From an uncultured Candidatus Rokubacteria bacterium (GTDB lineage: Bacteria > Methylomirabilota > Methylomirabilia > Rokubacteriales > CSP1-6): a stretch of DNA of 64,000 nt. How positions within the stretch are numbered: position 1 is the stretch's first letter; each line of letters begins with the position of its first letter. The translations under genes and the position numbers were made by a program. The stretch is taken from positions 288,001 through 352,000 of the forward strand of contig CAVWFS010000019.1 of assembly GCA_963754315.1 (NCBI GenBank), given 5' to 3'. Positions 30,429 through 39,835 of the stretch are shown here, one piece after another. Under the pieces are notes generated by a model. That model saw only the letters and a program-made list of their open reading frames with translations, made no database searches and was not told the DNA's origin.

Positions 30429-32159
30429 CTGCCCGGCGAAGCGACGAGCGAGCGCCGAGGTTCGCCGAGCCTGGGCCAGCTCCTCGTCGCCGAAGGTCTG
30501 ATCAGTCCCGAGCGCCTCCAGCTCGCCGCCGCCGAGCAGCAGCGAAGCGGGGAAACCCTGACCGCGATCCTTCTCAAGCTCGCCCTCGTCGACGAGGATG
30601 CGCTCACCGACGTGCTCTGCCGCCAGTACGGCATCGCCGCGGTCGCGCTGACCCAGCTCGACCTCCAGCCCGACGTGCTCAGCCTGGTGCCGGCCGCCAT
30701 CGCTACCAAGCATGAAGTCCTTCCCCTCCGGCGCACGGACACCGTGCTGACCCTGGCCATGGCCGATCCCACCAATGTATCCGCCATCCACGACGTGGCC
30801 TTCATCACGAATCTACACGTGCTGCCGGTGGTCGCCTCCCGCACGGCCATCCGCCAGGCCATCGATCGGAACTATCGCCGACATCGCATCGCCGATGTGG
30901 TGAGCGACATCACCAGCGCCGCCACCGAGCTGGGCTCGCTCGAAGAGCCGGAGCCCCGGGGTGCTCCCGACGTGTTCGAGCTCCGGGAGGGGGTTGACGA
31001 GCCTCCGATCGTCCGCCTGGTCAACACGATCCTCATCGACGCCATCGAGCGGGGTGCCTCGGACATTCACTGGGAGCCATACGAGGAGGCCCTCCGTCTC
31101 CGGCTCCGCGTCGACGGCATCCTGCACGAGATGTGGACGCTCCCCAAGCGCTTGGAGGCCGCCGTCATCTCCCGGCTGAAGATCATGTCGAGCATGGACA
31201 TCGCCGAGCGTCGACTGCCTCAGGACGGGCGCATCCGGCTGCGCTTTCGCAGCCGAGAGGCCGATCTTCGGGTCTCTACGCTGCCGGCCTCGTTCGGCGA
31301 GAAGTGCGTGATTCGCGTCCTGGACAAGGAAGTGGTCCGCCTCGATCTTCGCGACCTCGGCTTCAGCCCGAGCGCCCTCGACCTGTTCCTGCACGCCATC
31401 AAGCAACCCTACGGCATGATCTTGATCACCGGGCCGACCGGTTCCGGCAAGACCACCACCCTCTACGCCGGCCTTCATGCCATCAATTCGCCGGCGATCA
31501 ACATCGTGACCGCGGAAGACCCCGTCGAATACACCCTCAAAGGCGTCAATCAGGTCCAGATCAACGAGGCGGTGGGCCGGACATTCGCGACCACGCTGCG
31601 ATCGTTCTTGCGTCAAGACCCCGACGTCATTCTCGTCGGCGAAACCCGTGATCTGGAGACCGCACAGATTGCGGTGCGTGCCGCGTTGACCGGGCACCTC
31701 GTCCTGTCCACGTTGCACACCAACGACTGCCCCTCGACCATCACGCGCCTCGTCGACATGGGGATACCGACGTATCTTGTCTCCTCGTCGCTCCTGCTCA
31801 TCGTGGCGCAGCGCCTTGCCCGCCGGGTCTGCCAAGGGTGCAAGGAGACCTTCGAGATCAGCGAAGACGTCCTGGCTTCCCACGGCTATGTACCGACCGG
31901 ACGGGGCCAGGTTCGTGTCGCGCGTGGCAAGGGTTGTGCACGGTGCAATTTCACGGGCATGAAGGGACGGATCGCCCTGTACGAACTGATGCCGATCACC
32001 GACGAGATCAGGACCATGATCGTGGGTGACGCCTCGACCCAGGACCTCCGCGCCTCCGCCAAGGCATGCGGCATGACGACGTTGCGCGAGGCAGGGATCG
32101 CTCGCGTCCTCGAGGGCACGACCACGATCGACGAAATGCTGCGGGTGACACTCGTCTAG
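30429..32159 (+). CDS. pilB: Type IV pilus extension ATPase PilB (start probably a non-canonical CTG)
   Basis: MshEN-like N-terminus LGQLLVAEGLIS upstream of the track start; ASDIH.EP, RLPQDG, GPTGSGKTT, LRQDPD, TGHLVLSTLHTN, tetra-Cys CQGC..CARC. Confidence 0.92.
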   Translation: MPGEATSERRGSPSLGQLLVAEGLISPERLQLAAAEQQRSGETLTAILLKLALVDEDALTDVLCRQYGIAAVALTQLDLQPDVLSLVPAAIATKHEVLPLRRTDTVLTLAMADPTNVSAIHDVAFITNLHVLPVVASRTAIRQAIDRNYRRHRIADVVSDITSAATELGSLEEPEPRGAPDVFELREGVDEPPIVRLVNTILIDAIERGASDIHWEPYEEALRLRLRVDGILHEMWTLPKRLEAAVISRLKIMSSMDIAERRLPQDGRIRLRFRSREADLRVSTLPASFGEKCVIRVLDKEVVRLDLRDLGFSPSALDLFLHAIKQPYGMILITGPTGSGKTTTLYAGLHAINSPAINIVTAEDPVEYTLKGVNQVQINEAVGRTFATTLRSFLRQDPDVILVGETRDLETAQIAVRAALTGHLVLSTLHTNDCPSTITRLVDMGIPTYLVSSSLLLIVAQRLARRVCQGCKETFEISEDVLASHGYVPTGRGQVRVARGKGCARCNFTGMKGRIALYELMPITDEIRTMIVGDASTQDLRASAKACGMTTLREAGIARVLEGTTTIDEMLRVTLV

Positions 32160-32163
32160 GGCG

Positions 32164-33243
32164 GTGGACATCGGGCGCCTTCTCGAACTCATGGTGTCGA
32201 AAGGCGCCTCCGACCTGCATATCGCCAGCGGCAGTCCCCCCCGATTCCGTGTCGACGGAGCCCTGACACCAGGATCCGGGTTGGCGACCTTGGGGCCCCT
32301 CGAGACGCGACAGCTGGTCTACGGCCTCCTCCACGATGGGCAGCGGCGCCAGTTCGAAGAGAGGCACGAACTCGACTTTGCCTTCGGGATCGAGGCCCTG
32401 GCTCGCTTCCGATGCAACGTCTATTGCGAGCGGGGCGCGGTGGCGGCCGCCATCCGCGTTCTTCCCTATCAGGTCCGCTCCATCGAGGACCTCGGCCTCC
32501 CGTTGGTCGTCCAGCACCTGGCCCAACGGCCAAAGGGGCTAGTCCTCGTGACCGGACCGACCGGATCGGGCAAGTCGACGACATTGGCGGCCATCGTCGA
32601 CTACGTCAATCGCGAGCGAGACGCTCACATCGTCACCCTCGAGGATCCCGTGGAGTTCGTCCATCCCCACAAGCGGAGCCTGGTCACGCAGCGAGAGATC
32701 TCCGCGGACTCTCATTCCTTCCAGAATGCCTTGCGGGCCGTCCTTCGCCAGGACCCCGACGTCGTTCTCGTGGGAGAGATGCGAGATCTGGAGACCATCG
32801 CCGCCGCGCTGAGTGTGGCCGAAGCTGGCCGCCTGACCCTGGGCACCGTACACACCAACTCATGCGCCCAAACCATTCACCGCATCGTCGACGTGTTCCC
32901 CCCGGCCCAGCAGGATCAGATCCGGGCTCAGCTCGCCCTCGTGCTGGAGGGTGTTCTTTCGCAAGTGCTGGTTCCCAAAGTGGGCGGGGGGCGCGTCCTG
33001 GCGCTCGAGCTCCTGGTGGCCACGCCAGCCATCCGTAACCTGATCCGCGAGAATAAGGCGCATCAGATTTACTCGACCATGCAGGCGAGCGCCGCCATTG
33101 GGATGCAGACGATGAGCGCGACACTGGCCCGCTTCGTCAACCAGCGGACGATCACTCGCGAGGCTGCTCTCGCCCAGAGTACGCTCCCAGACGAGCTGGC
33201 CCGGATGATAGAACCTTCCCCGCCGCTGCTCCCGCGCGGATAG
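32164..33243 (+). CDS. pilT: Type IV pilus retraction ATPase PilT
   Basis: GASDLH, GPTGSGKST, VGEMRDLET, AIRNLIRE motif, GMQTM. Confidence 0.95.
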   Translation: MDIGRLLELMVSKGASDLHIASGSPPRFRVDGALTPGSGLATLGPLETRQLVYGLLHDGQRRQFEERHELDFAFGIEALARFRCNVYCERGAVAAAIRVLPYQVRSIEDLGLPLVVQHLAQRPKGLVLVTGPTGSGKSTTLAAIVDYVNRERDAHIVTLEDPVEFVHPHKRSLVTQREISADSHSFQNALRAVLRQDPDVVLVGEMRDLETIAAALSVAEAGRLTLGTVHTNSCAQTIHRIVDVFPPAQQDQIRAQLALVLEGVLSQVLVPKVGGGRVLALELLVATPAIRNLIRENKAHQIYSTMQASAAIGMQTMSATLARFVNQRTITREAALAQSTLPDELARMIEPSPPLLPRG

Positions 33244-33245
33244 CG

Positions 33246-34442
33246 GTGCCGGTCTTCCTGTATCGCGGCCACGGGGCCGGGGGCTTCGTCTCCGGTCAGA
33301 TCGAGGCTAGTGACAGACGCGCGGCGGCCGGGCTCCTGCGCGCCCGTGGCATCGCCGCCACCCGGATCGAAGAGGGGCGAGAACGGGGACGCGTCTGGGT
33401 GCGCACGCGGGTCACGGATCGTGACCTGGCCCTCTACACGCGCCAGCTGTCGACCATGATCAACGCGGGCCTGCCGATCGCGCACTGTCTCGGAATCCTA
33501 GCCGAACAAGGTGACTGCGTTCCTCTTCGTCGGGTCACCACGCGGGTCGCAGCCGATGTGGCGGGAGGGCTGACCCTGGCCGACGCCCTTCGCCAGCATC
33601 CGCGCGTGTTCGGGGAGCTCTTCACAAACATGGTGAGCGTTGGCGAAGCAGCCGGCGCGCTCGAGACCGTCCTCGCGCGGCTGTCCACCTACCTCGAAAA
33701 GTCGGCCTTCCTCAGGCGAAGGGTCAAGGGCGCCATGATCTATCCGCTCACCATCGTCAGCGTAGCCGCCTTGGTCGTCATGTTCATGATGACCTTCGTC
33801 ATCCCGACCTTCGCCCAGATGTTCACCCACTTTGGCGCTGACCTGCCCCGGCCAACCCGGGTCGTGATCACCCTGTCGGAAGTGGCGCGGGCCCACGGCG
33901 TGTGGCTGACGGCCGCTGGTCTTGGGGTTATGGCGGCCGTGCGGCGCCTGTCGCGCACAGACCGGGGTCGTCTCCTCGTTGATCGATTGTCCCTGAAGAT
34001 TCCGGGGATAGCTCCTCTCATTCGCAAAGTCGCCATCGCCCGGGTGACCCGAACACTTGGAACCCTCATCGCGTGCGGCGTGCCCATCCTGGACGGGCTG
34101 CGGATCACCGCTCGCACGGCAGGAAATCGGATTATCGAGAACACTGTCATGCAGACGCGAAGCGCGCTGGCGGCCGGCCGGACGCTTACGGAACCTCTGC
34201 GCGGCCGGGTTGGCCTGCCCGCCATGGTGGTCCAGATGGTCAACGTCGGCGAGCAGACCGGTTCCATGGAACAGATGCTGACGAAGATCGCCGACTTCTA
34301 CGACGATGAGGTTGAGACGGCCGTGGCAAGCCTCACCACGCTGTTGGAGCCGGTCATCATGATCTTCCTTGGCGTGGTTATCGGGAGTCTGGTGGTCGCC
34401 ATGTATTTACCCATCTTCCGGCTCGTGACCGTCATCAGGTAA
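33246..34442 (+). CDS. pilC: Type IV pilus platform protein PilC (GspF family)
   Basis: RQLSTMINAGLP, GE..G.L, AMIYP, LEPVIM...AMYLPIF. Confidence 0.95.
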   Translation: MPVFLYRGHGAGGFVSGQIEASDRRAAAGLLRARGIAATRIEEGRERGRVWVRTRVTDRDLALYTRQLSTMINAGLPIAHCLGILAEQGDCVPLRRVTTRVAADVAGGLTLADALRQHPRVFGELFTNMVSVGEAAGALETVLARLSTYLEKSAFLRRRVKGAMIYPLTIVSVAALVVMFMMTFVIPTFAQMFTHFGADLPRPTRVVITLSEVARAHGVWLTAAGLGVMAAVRRLSRTDRGRLLVDRLSLKIPGIAPLIRKVAIARVTRTLGTLIACGVPILDGLRITARTAGNRIIENTVMQTRSALAAGRTLTEPLRGRVGLPAMVVQMVNVGEQTGSMEQMLTKIADFYDDEVETAVASLTTLLEPVIMIFLGVVIGSLVVAMYLPIFRLVTVIR

Positions 34443-34450
34443 CACGGTTC

Positions 34451-34466
34451 CGGCACGCCTCCTGCA
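34451..34466 (+). promoter_or_regulatory. Putative sigma54 promoter of pilA
   Basis: CGGCAC-GCCTC-CTGCA has -24/-12 spacing and is followed by an AGGAGG RBS and the pilA start. Confidence 0.65.
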
Positions 34467-34503
34467 CCTTCGGCGGACTCGACTCTCTGTAGGAGGGGCT
34501 CGC

Positions 34504-34956
34504 ATGATGCCGATCGGGACAAGGCGGCCGAGGCTCGCCGGCAACGGGTTCACGCTTGTCGAGTTGATCATCGTGGTGGCAATCATCGGCATTCTCGCCG
34601 CCATTGCCATCCCGATCTATACGAACCTCCAGGCACGGGCGCGCATCGCGAAAGCGCAGGCCGACGTCCGTACGGTCGGTTCCGCCATCAGCATCTATGC
34701 GGCGCACACCGGCGCGATTCCCACCGCGGCCGACCTCGCCACTGCGTTGACGACAGCCACGACTGTCGGCGGGGTCACAGCGGGGCCGTTCATCGGTGTC
34801 CTTCCTACACCTCCCAGTGGTGGCGGATGGCCGGCGGCGTACACATACTCGCCTGACACGGCGCCGGGCGGAGCCGCCCTGGTAGGCTCGTTCGTCTACT
34901 GCGCCGCGGGTGACGGCACCTTCGCCAACAGCAGCGGCGCGCTCAGCTGCCCATGA
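34504..34956 (+). CDS. pilA: Type IVa major pilin
   Basis: G|FTLVELIIVVAIIGILAAIAIP class III signal; C-terminal Cys pair (YCAA...LSCP). Confidence 0.88.
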   Translation: MMPIGTRRPRLAGNGFTLVELIIVVAIIGILAAIAIPIYTNLQARARIAKAQADVRTVGSAISIYAAHTGAIPTAADLATALTTATTVGGVTAGPFIGVLPTPPSGGGWPAAYTYSPDTAPGGAALVGSFVYCAAGDGTFANSSGALSCP

Positions 34957-35062
34957 CCTCGCCGAACGCCACGCATGGCCCAGAACATCGCGCTATGATT
35001 TCTCCAGTCATGCCGAACCACGTCCGGTTCCGCGCGCTGCCCTCGGTGATTGGCGGTTGCGC

Positions 35063-35827
35063 GTGCCGTCTCGAGGCCCCGCCCTGACCTCCACCTTTAT
35101 CGCGATCTTCGGACTGATCATCGGCAGCTTTCTGAATGTCGTGATCGCTCGCCTCCCGGAGGGGCGTTCACTTCTCGGCCGGTCTGCCTGCCCCGAGTGC
35201 CGCGAACAGATTCGCGCCTGTGACAACATCCCGCTCGTCTCGTTTGCCCTGTTGGGCGGGCGGTGCCGGCGTTGCCGGCAGCCGATCTCGTGGCGTTATC
35301 CCCTGGTCGAGGTCGCCACCGCAGCCGCCATGGTGGCGGTCTACGCGCGTTTCGGGCTGACCCCGCCTTTCGGCGCGGCCGGAGCGCTGATGGCGGCTCT
35401 CATCGCGGTCACGGTGATCGACCTCGAGCACCAGGTGATTCCGCGTCTGATCACCCTGCCCGGTATCGCGGTTGGCCTCATCGTCTCTCCCCTCACGGGC
35501 CTGACCCAAGGCCGAGACGCCATCATCGGAGGGCTCGTGTGCGGTGGAGTCCTTCTGGGTGTCGTCCTGGCCACAGCCTGGATGAGTCCGGTGGGCGGCA
35601 TGGGCTACGGAGATCCGATGCTGAGCGCCATGCTAGGGGCCTTTCTCGGCTGGCGACTCGGCCTCTTCGCGCTCCTGGTGGCTGTCATGGCCGGGGGCCT
35701 CGTGGGAGCCGTTCTCCTTCTATCCGGGCGAAAAGGGCGGAAGGATCCCATTCCGTTCGGCCCCTTTCTCGCCCTCGGAGGAGCAACCAGCCTCCTCCTC
35801 GATCCCCCGTCCGTTCTCGGGCTGTAG
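35063..35827 (+). CDS. pilD: Prepilin peptidase/N-methyltransferase PilD
   Basis: GSFLNVVI.RLP, CPEC, NIPL.S..LL.GRCRRC, YPLVE, IDL, GMGYGD, IPFGPFL; start uncertain. Confidence 0.92.
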   Translation: MPSRGPALTSTFIAIFGLIIGSFLNVVIARLPEGRSLLGRSACPECREQIRACDNIPLVSFALLGGRCRRCRQPISWRYPLVEVATAAAMVAVYARFGLTPPFGAAGALMAALIAVTVIDLEHQVIPRLITLPGIAVGLIVSPLTGLTQGRDAIIGGLVCGGVLLGVVLATAWMSPVGGMGYGDPMLSAMLGAFLGWRLGLFALLVAVMAGGLVGAVLLLSGRKGRKDPIPFGPFLALGGATSLLLDPPSVLGL

Positions 35828-35941
35828 ATCTCCTGGGCACTGCGCCCAAAGGTCTGGGCAGTCCCGTGTGACCCGAATTTCAACCGCCGGGCTGGCGTCG
35901 TGTCACCACGGGAACGCCTCTTGCTGTTTCGCCTCTTGGCC

Positions 35942-36457
35942 ATGACGACTCGACCGACACGACCGCGACCCAAGGACGCCGACGGCGCCGGGCTGGCTGA
36001 AGTATTGATCACGGCCGCCATCGTGGCCGTCGTCACCGCGGCCAGTGTCCCGACCTTCTCCGCGTATCTCTGGAGCAGTAGCCTGCGGGCGGGGGCAGAG
36101 GAGTTCGCGACTTTGGTGAATCTCGCGCGCTCCCTGGCCATCAGGGAAAACGCGCATGCGTGTGTGAATCTTGACTCTACCGGATCGAACCGCGTGCGCA
36201 TCCTGGTCGCGACCAGCAATCCCTGTCGGGAGGCGGCCAAGGTCTACGGACGGCGCGGGATGGGGTTCGATTCCCGCGTCGACGCCGATGGCTGGATCGC
36301 TTTACAGAATGGCGTCGCTGTGGCCACCGCCAACGCGGAAGTCGTGTTCACCTCGATCGGGGCCGCGGCGCCCGGCGGCACCTACACGATTTCGAAGAAC
36401 GGCCGTGCCCTCCATGTCGTGGTAGCACCGTCCGGACGGGTGAGCGTGACGCCATGA
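35942..36457 (+). CDS. fimT: FimT/FimU(GspH)-like minor pilin
   Basis: G|AGLAEVL N-terminus with E5, LARSLAIREN, VFTSIG, C-terminal VVAPSGRV typical of FimT/GspH. Confidence 0.75.
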   Translation: MTTRPTRPRPKDADGAGLAEVLITAAIVAVVTAASVPTFSAYLWSSSLRAGAEEFATLVNLARSLAIRENAHACVNLDSTGSNRVRILVATSNPCREAAKVYGRRGMGFDSRVDADGWIALQNGVAVATANAEVVFTSIGAAAPGGTYTISKNGRALHVVVAPSGRVSVTP

Positions 36458-36933
36458 TCCGTCCGGAGAAGGGCTTCACCTTGGCCGAGGTCCTGGTGGC
36501 CGCCGCAATCGTCACCATCGGCCTCGCCGGTGTCACTGCCATGCTGCAGCTCGCAGTTGCCAGCAGTCGCGATGGCCGGCAGCGGTCGGCGGCAATCTTC
36601 CTGGCTGACGAGCGCGCGGAACAGGTCCGCGGTGCTACCTGGGATGCAGGCGGCGATTGTCTGGGCGTGTCCTCCTCGGTCGCCTTACCTCCGGTGACAT
36701 CCACGTGTCACGAGGCAGGCGCCGACCACGTGCCGTTTCCTGACGACCGGGCGGGGACATTGCGCGCTCCCTTCGAGGAGTTCACACGGACCGTTCGTGT
36801 CCAGCCGTGCGCGAGCCTCGAGACGTGCCCGGTCGCCAGCCACGATCTCCGCCTCATCACCATCACCATTGGCCATGGCCCCGCTGAACTTCCGATCCTC
36901 ACCTTACGCGCGCTCGTCGCCAGGAGACTCTAG
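36454..36933 (+). CDS. pilV: PilV-like minor pilin
   Basis: KG|FTLAEVLVA.AI..IGL, A.FLA.ERAE; second gene of the minor pilin cluster. Confidence 0.75.
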   Translation: MIRPEKGFTLAEVLVAAAIVTIGLAGVTAMLQLAVASSRDGRQRSAAIFLADERAEQVRGATWDAGGDCLGVSSSVALPPVTSTCHEAGADHVPFPDDRAGTLRAPFEEFTRTVRVQPCASLETCPVASHDLRLITITIGHGPAELPILTLRALVARRL

Positions 36934-36935
36934 GC

Positions 36936-38231
36936 ATGTCCCGGGACTCCGGTGTTGCGATCCCACTCGCCATGGTCATCCTGTTGATCGTCGTCTCGCT
37001 GACTCTGGCGCTGGGCGCCATGACCATGACCGAGCCGGTGATTTCCAACAACCTCCTGCTCGCGACTCAGGCTCGCGTCGCCGCCGAGTCCGGCGTCGAG
37101 GCCGCGGTTGCCGCGCTCTCGAACACCCAGGTCCTGCCCACGAGTTTCGCCACCACCGTCACGTCGGCCGCGTTCGTACCGTTCCCCGGGACGCGCGCCG
37201 GGTACCGGGTGGCGTCCACCGTTGACACCGGATGGACGGTCTTCGAGAAAGCGAACCAGCGTCGCCTCACGGTGGTGGGCACCGCCGCCGGCCGAGACGC
37301 CTCCGGACCCGAGGCGTCCCCCAACCGCGCCCTCAAGACCGTGGAGGCCGTCGTCCGCCGTGACTCGCTGCTGAACACGCTCCTGCTCCCGGCCGCCATG
37401 TCGTCGTCAGCCGGAGGAACCATCAAGGCCGAGATCGATGCTCGGCGAAACACGAGTCACGGCTTCGACACGTGGTGCCTTCGGCACGGATCGGCGGTGG
37501 CGCCCGTGGCTGGTGTCGTCGCTGACGGCGTCGAAGACGTGGTGAGCACAGCGGCGGTGTGGGGACCTGGCAACGACGTGCCGAATGAAGAGGGTATCGA
37601 CATTCGCCATCGGCGCGCATCGCCGCCGCCCGATTTCCTCCTCGGCAATCAGGCATTCAACGAGCACGAGCTCGCCGCCCTCAAGGAGCTCGCCATCTCG
37701 ACCGGCACATTCCTTCGTGGCCGGCCCGTGAGCTTTGATAGCCGCTCGCCTCTGCCGGGCGCCCACTCGGTGCTCTATGTCGAAGGCGATATCGAGATTG
37801 AGGCCTACGGCTCTGACACGACGTGGACGGGCTGGATTGTCGCGGTGGGACCCCAAGGCGTCGGCAGCGGAGGGCGCATCACTTTTCGGTGCTTCGCCGG
37901 CTGCGCACCCTCACCGCAGAGGCTCACGATCAATGGCCTTCTCTACGCCGAGGATCGCCTCGAGGTCAGCTCGGCCCCTGCGAGTCGCCGCGTGACCGTC
38001 AACGGAGCCGTGATTACCCGAAATCTTGCCGGGGTGGGGGACACGATCGTGCCGCAGGCGGCCGCCGACTTCCGCGTCAATTTCCGATGCCAGGGCGACG
38101 GAAACACCCAGCGGGGGGTCCGCGACGCGATCACGGGGACCGAGGCGACCATCGGCGCCTTGGATCCCAACGGGCGCTCCGGGTGGTACGTGAAGCCCGG
38201 GAACGTCCGGGAGATCGCCGGCCAGCCCTAG
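36936..38231 (+). CDS. pilX: PilX-like minor pilin with large C-terminal domain
   Basis: SG|VAIPLAMVILL lacks E5; E..IS.N....QA..AAESGVE is the PilX N-terminal pattern; 431 aa. Confidence 0.75.
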   Translation: MSRDSGVAIPLAMVILLIVVSLTLALGAMTMTEPVISNNLLLATQARVAAESGVEAAVAALSNTQVLPTSFATTVTSAAFVPFPGTRAGYRVASTVDTGWTVFEKANQRRLTVVGTAAGRDASGPEASPNRALKTVEAVVRRDSLLNTLLLPAAMSSSAGGTIKAEIDARRNTSHGFDTWCLRHGSAVAPVAGVVADGVEDVVSTAAVWGPGNDVPNEEGIDIRHRRASPPPDFLLGNQAFNEHELAALKELAISTGTFLRGRPVSFDSRSPLPGAHSVLYVEGDIEIEAYGSDTTWTGWIVAVGPQGVGSGGRITFRCFAGCAPSPQRLTINGLLYAEDRLEVSSAPASRRVTVNGAVITRNLAGVGDTIVPQAAADFRVNFRCQGDGNTQRGVRDAITGTEATIGALDPNGRSGWYVKPGNVREIAGQP

Positions 38232-38239
38232 ACGTGTCC

Positions 38240-39298
38240 ATGCACGTCCGCTTCGCGTCCAGACTGCGATCTCGCCGCACAGGACAAGCCTTCGGGCTCG
38301 ACATCGGCGCGAGCAGCGTCAAGGTTCTCGAGCTGCACCGCGGCGCCACCTACGCAGTGGCCAGGTGCGCGGTGACGCCGGTCCCGACAGGCGCGGTGGT
38401 GGAAGGGTCCATTCACGAACCCGCAGCGGTCACTGAGGCCATCAGGCAGGCCGTGAGCGTGGCCGGAATCAAACGCACCGAGGCGGTCATTGGCCTGTGC
38501 GGGCGAGGGCTTATCGTCAAGAAGGTGCAGATTCCCGAGGTACCGCCGAGGGACCTTCCGGACGCCGTTCGTATCGAGGCCGAGCAGGAGATTCCCTTCC
38601 CCATCGATGAGGTTGCCCTCGCCTTTTACGTCATCGGCCAGCAGAATCGCCTGCTCGACCTGGCGCTCGTTGCCGTGCGGAGATCCAAAGTGATGGAATA
38701 CCGCACAGTCGTCACCGACGCTGGCCTCGACCCCGTCGTGGTCGATGTGGACGGCCTTGCTCTCGGCAACCAACTGGAGCTCTACGGACGGCCCGGAGTG
38801 AGCGCCGTCGTCGACATAGGCGCCACCATGACCAAGGTGAGTGTGGTCAGGGACGGACTTGCGCAGCTTGTGCGAGACCTCCCTTCCGGAGGGCATGCGT
38901 GCACCACGGCGATCGCCGCCCGCCTCGGCGCTTCGACCGACACGGCGGAAGCGATCAAGATCAATCCCGGGCACGCCCTCGACGCGGTGGCACAGGCGTG
39001 TGAAGCGATGGCTCATACCCTTGGCCTGGAGATCCAGCGCACCCTCGACTACTTTGCGGCAAGCGGACCGAGCCCCGAGCGCGTCATCGGAATCGTGCTG
39101 GCAGGTGGCGGCGCCAAATTGGTCGGTTTGCCGGAGCAGTTGGCATCGATGTTGGGCCTTCCCGTCGAAGTGGCCCGTCCCGCTGCTGGGCTTGCCGTCG
39201 ATCCGGCGTGCGCCGCCACGGTCGCGGAAGCAGGTCCCGCGCTCGCGTTGGTCCTGGGCCTCAGCCTTCGCCGCCCAGGCGACGGGACGCCCCGGTGA
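38240..39298 (+). CDS. pilM: Type IV pilus assembly protein PilM
   Basis: GLDIGASSVKVLEL, IPFPIDEV, VVDVD..AL.N, VDIGA, EIQRTLDYF, LAGGGA, GLSLR. Confidence 0.92.
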   Translation: MHVRFASRLRSRRTGQAFGLDIGASSVKVLELHRGATYAVARCAVTPVPTGAVVEGSIHEPAAVTEAIRQAVSVAGIKRTEAVIGLCGRGLIVKKVQIPEVPPRDLPDAVRIEAEQEIPFPIDEVALAFYVIGQQNRLLDLALVAVRRSKVMEYRTVVTDAGLDPVVVDVDGLALGNQLELYGRPGVSAVVDIGATMTKVSVVRDGLAQLVRDLPSGGHACTTAIAARLGASTDTAEAIKINPGHALDAVAQACEAMAHTLGLEIQRTLDYFAASGPSPERVIGIVLAGGGAKLVGLPEQLASMLGLPVEVARPAAGLAVDPACAATVAEAGPALALVLGLSLRRPGDGTPR

Positions 39299-39834
39299 TC
39301 AGAATCAACCTGGCACCGCCCACCGAGCGCCCACGGAGAAGCGCCCGGCGACTGGGAATTGCGATCGGCCTGGCCGCCGTTATCCTCCTGGCTGTCATTT
39401 TCGGATGGGCGCGCGCGCTCGCGCAGGAAGAGAAGCGCCTGGCCGAGAGTGTTGCCGGCAGGGCTCGTGAGCTGACCACCCTGAGGGAGCTGCTCGGGAA
39501 CGCGAACCGCCTGCGCGACGATTTTGCCGACCTGACGAAGCGCATCCACACCATCCAGGCTCTGATGCTCCGTCGGGGTACGACGCTGCATATCCTGGAT
39601 GCGCTGCTGGACTCCATCCCGCACGATCTATGGATCACGACACTCGAGGGCCGCGGGCGCGAGCTACGAGCTCTGGGGGCCGCCCGGTCGGCCGCAGCCG
39701 TGACCGATCTGATGTCCAGCCTGCGCGCTTCCGGGAGGTTCGTCGACGTGGACATCGTGGTGGCGCGGCAGGAGCTCGGGGAGGTTCTGGACGCGCCTCT
39801 GCTCTTCGAGATCACGTGTCGGTTCGGAGGTTGA
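39295..39834 (+). CDS. pilN: Type IV pilus assembly protein PilN
   Basis: MIRINL, TM helix, coiled coil, IP.DLWITTL; GTG overlaps the pilM stop. Confidence 0.88.
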   Translation: MIRINLAPPTERPRRSARRLGIAIGLAAVILLAVIFGWARALAQEEKRLAESVAGRARELTTLRELLGNANRLRDDFADLTKRIHTIQALMLRRGTTLHILDALLDSIPHDLWITTLEGRGRELRALGAARSAAAVTDLMSSLRASGRFVDVDIVVARQELGEVLDAPLLFEITCRFGG

Positions 39835-39835
39835 G

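Noticed and set aside
34504..34956. Conductive e-pilin
   Set aside because: Full-length pilin (~135 aa mature) with a globular domain and no obvious aromatic enrichment.
35828..35941. c-di-GMP riboswitch before the minor pilins
   Set aside because: A weak hairpin is present but no recognisable class I or II consensus.
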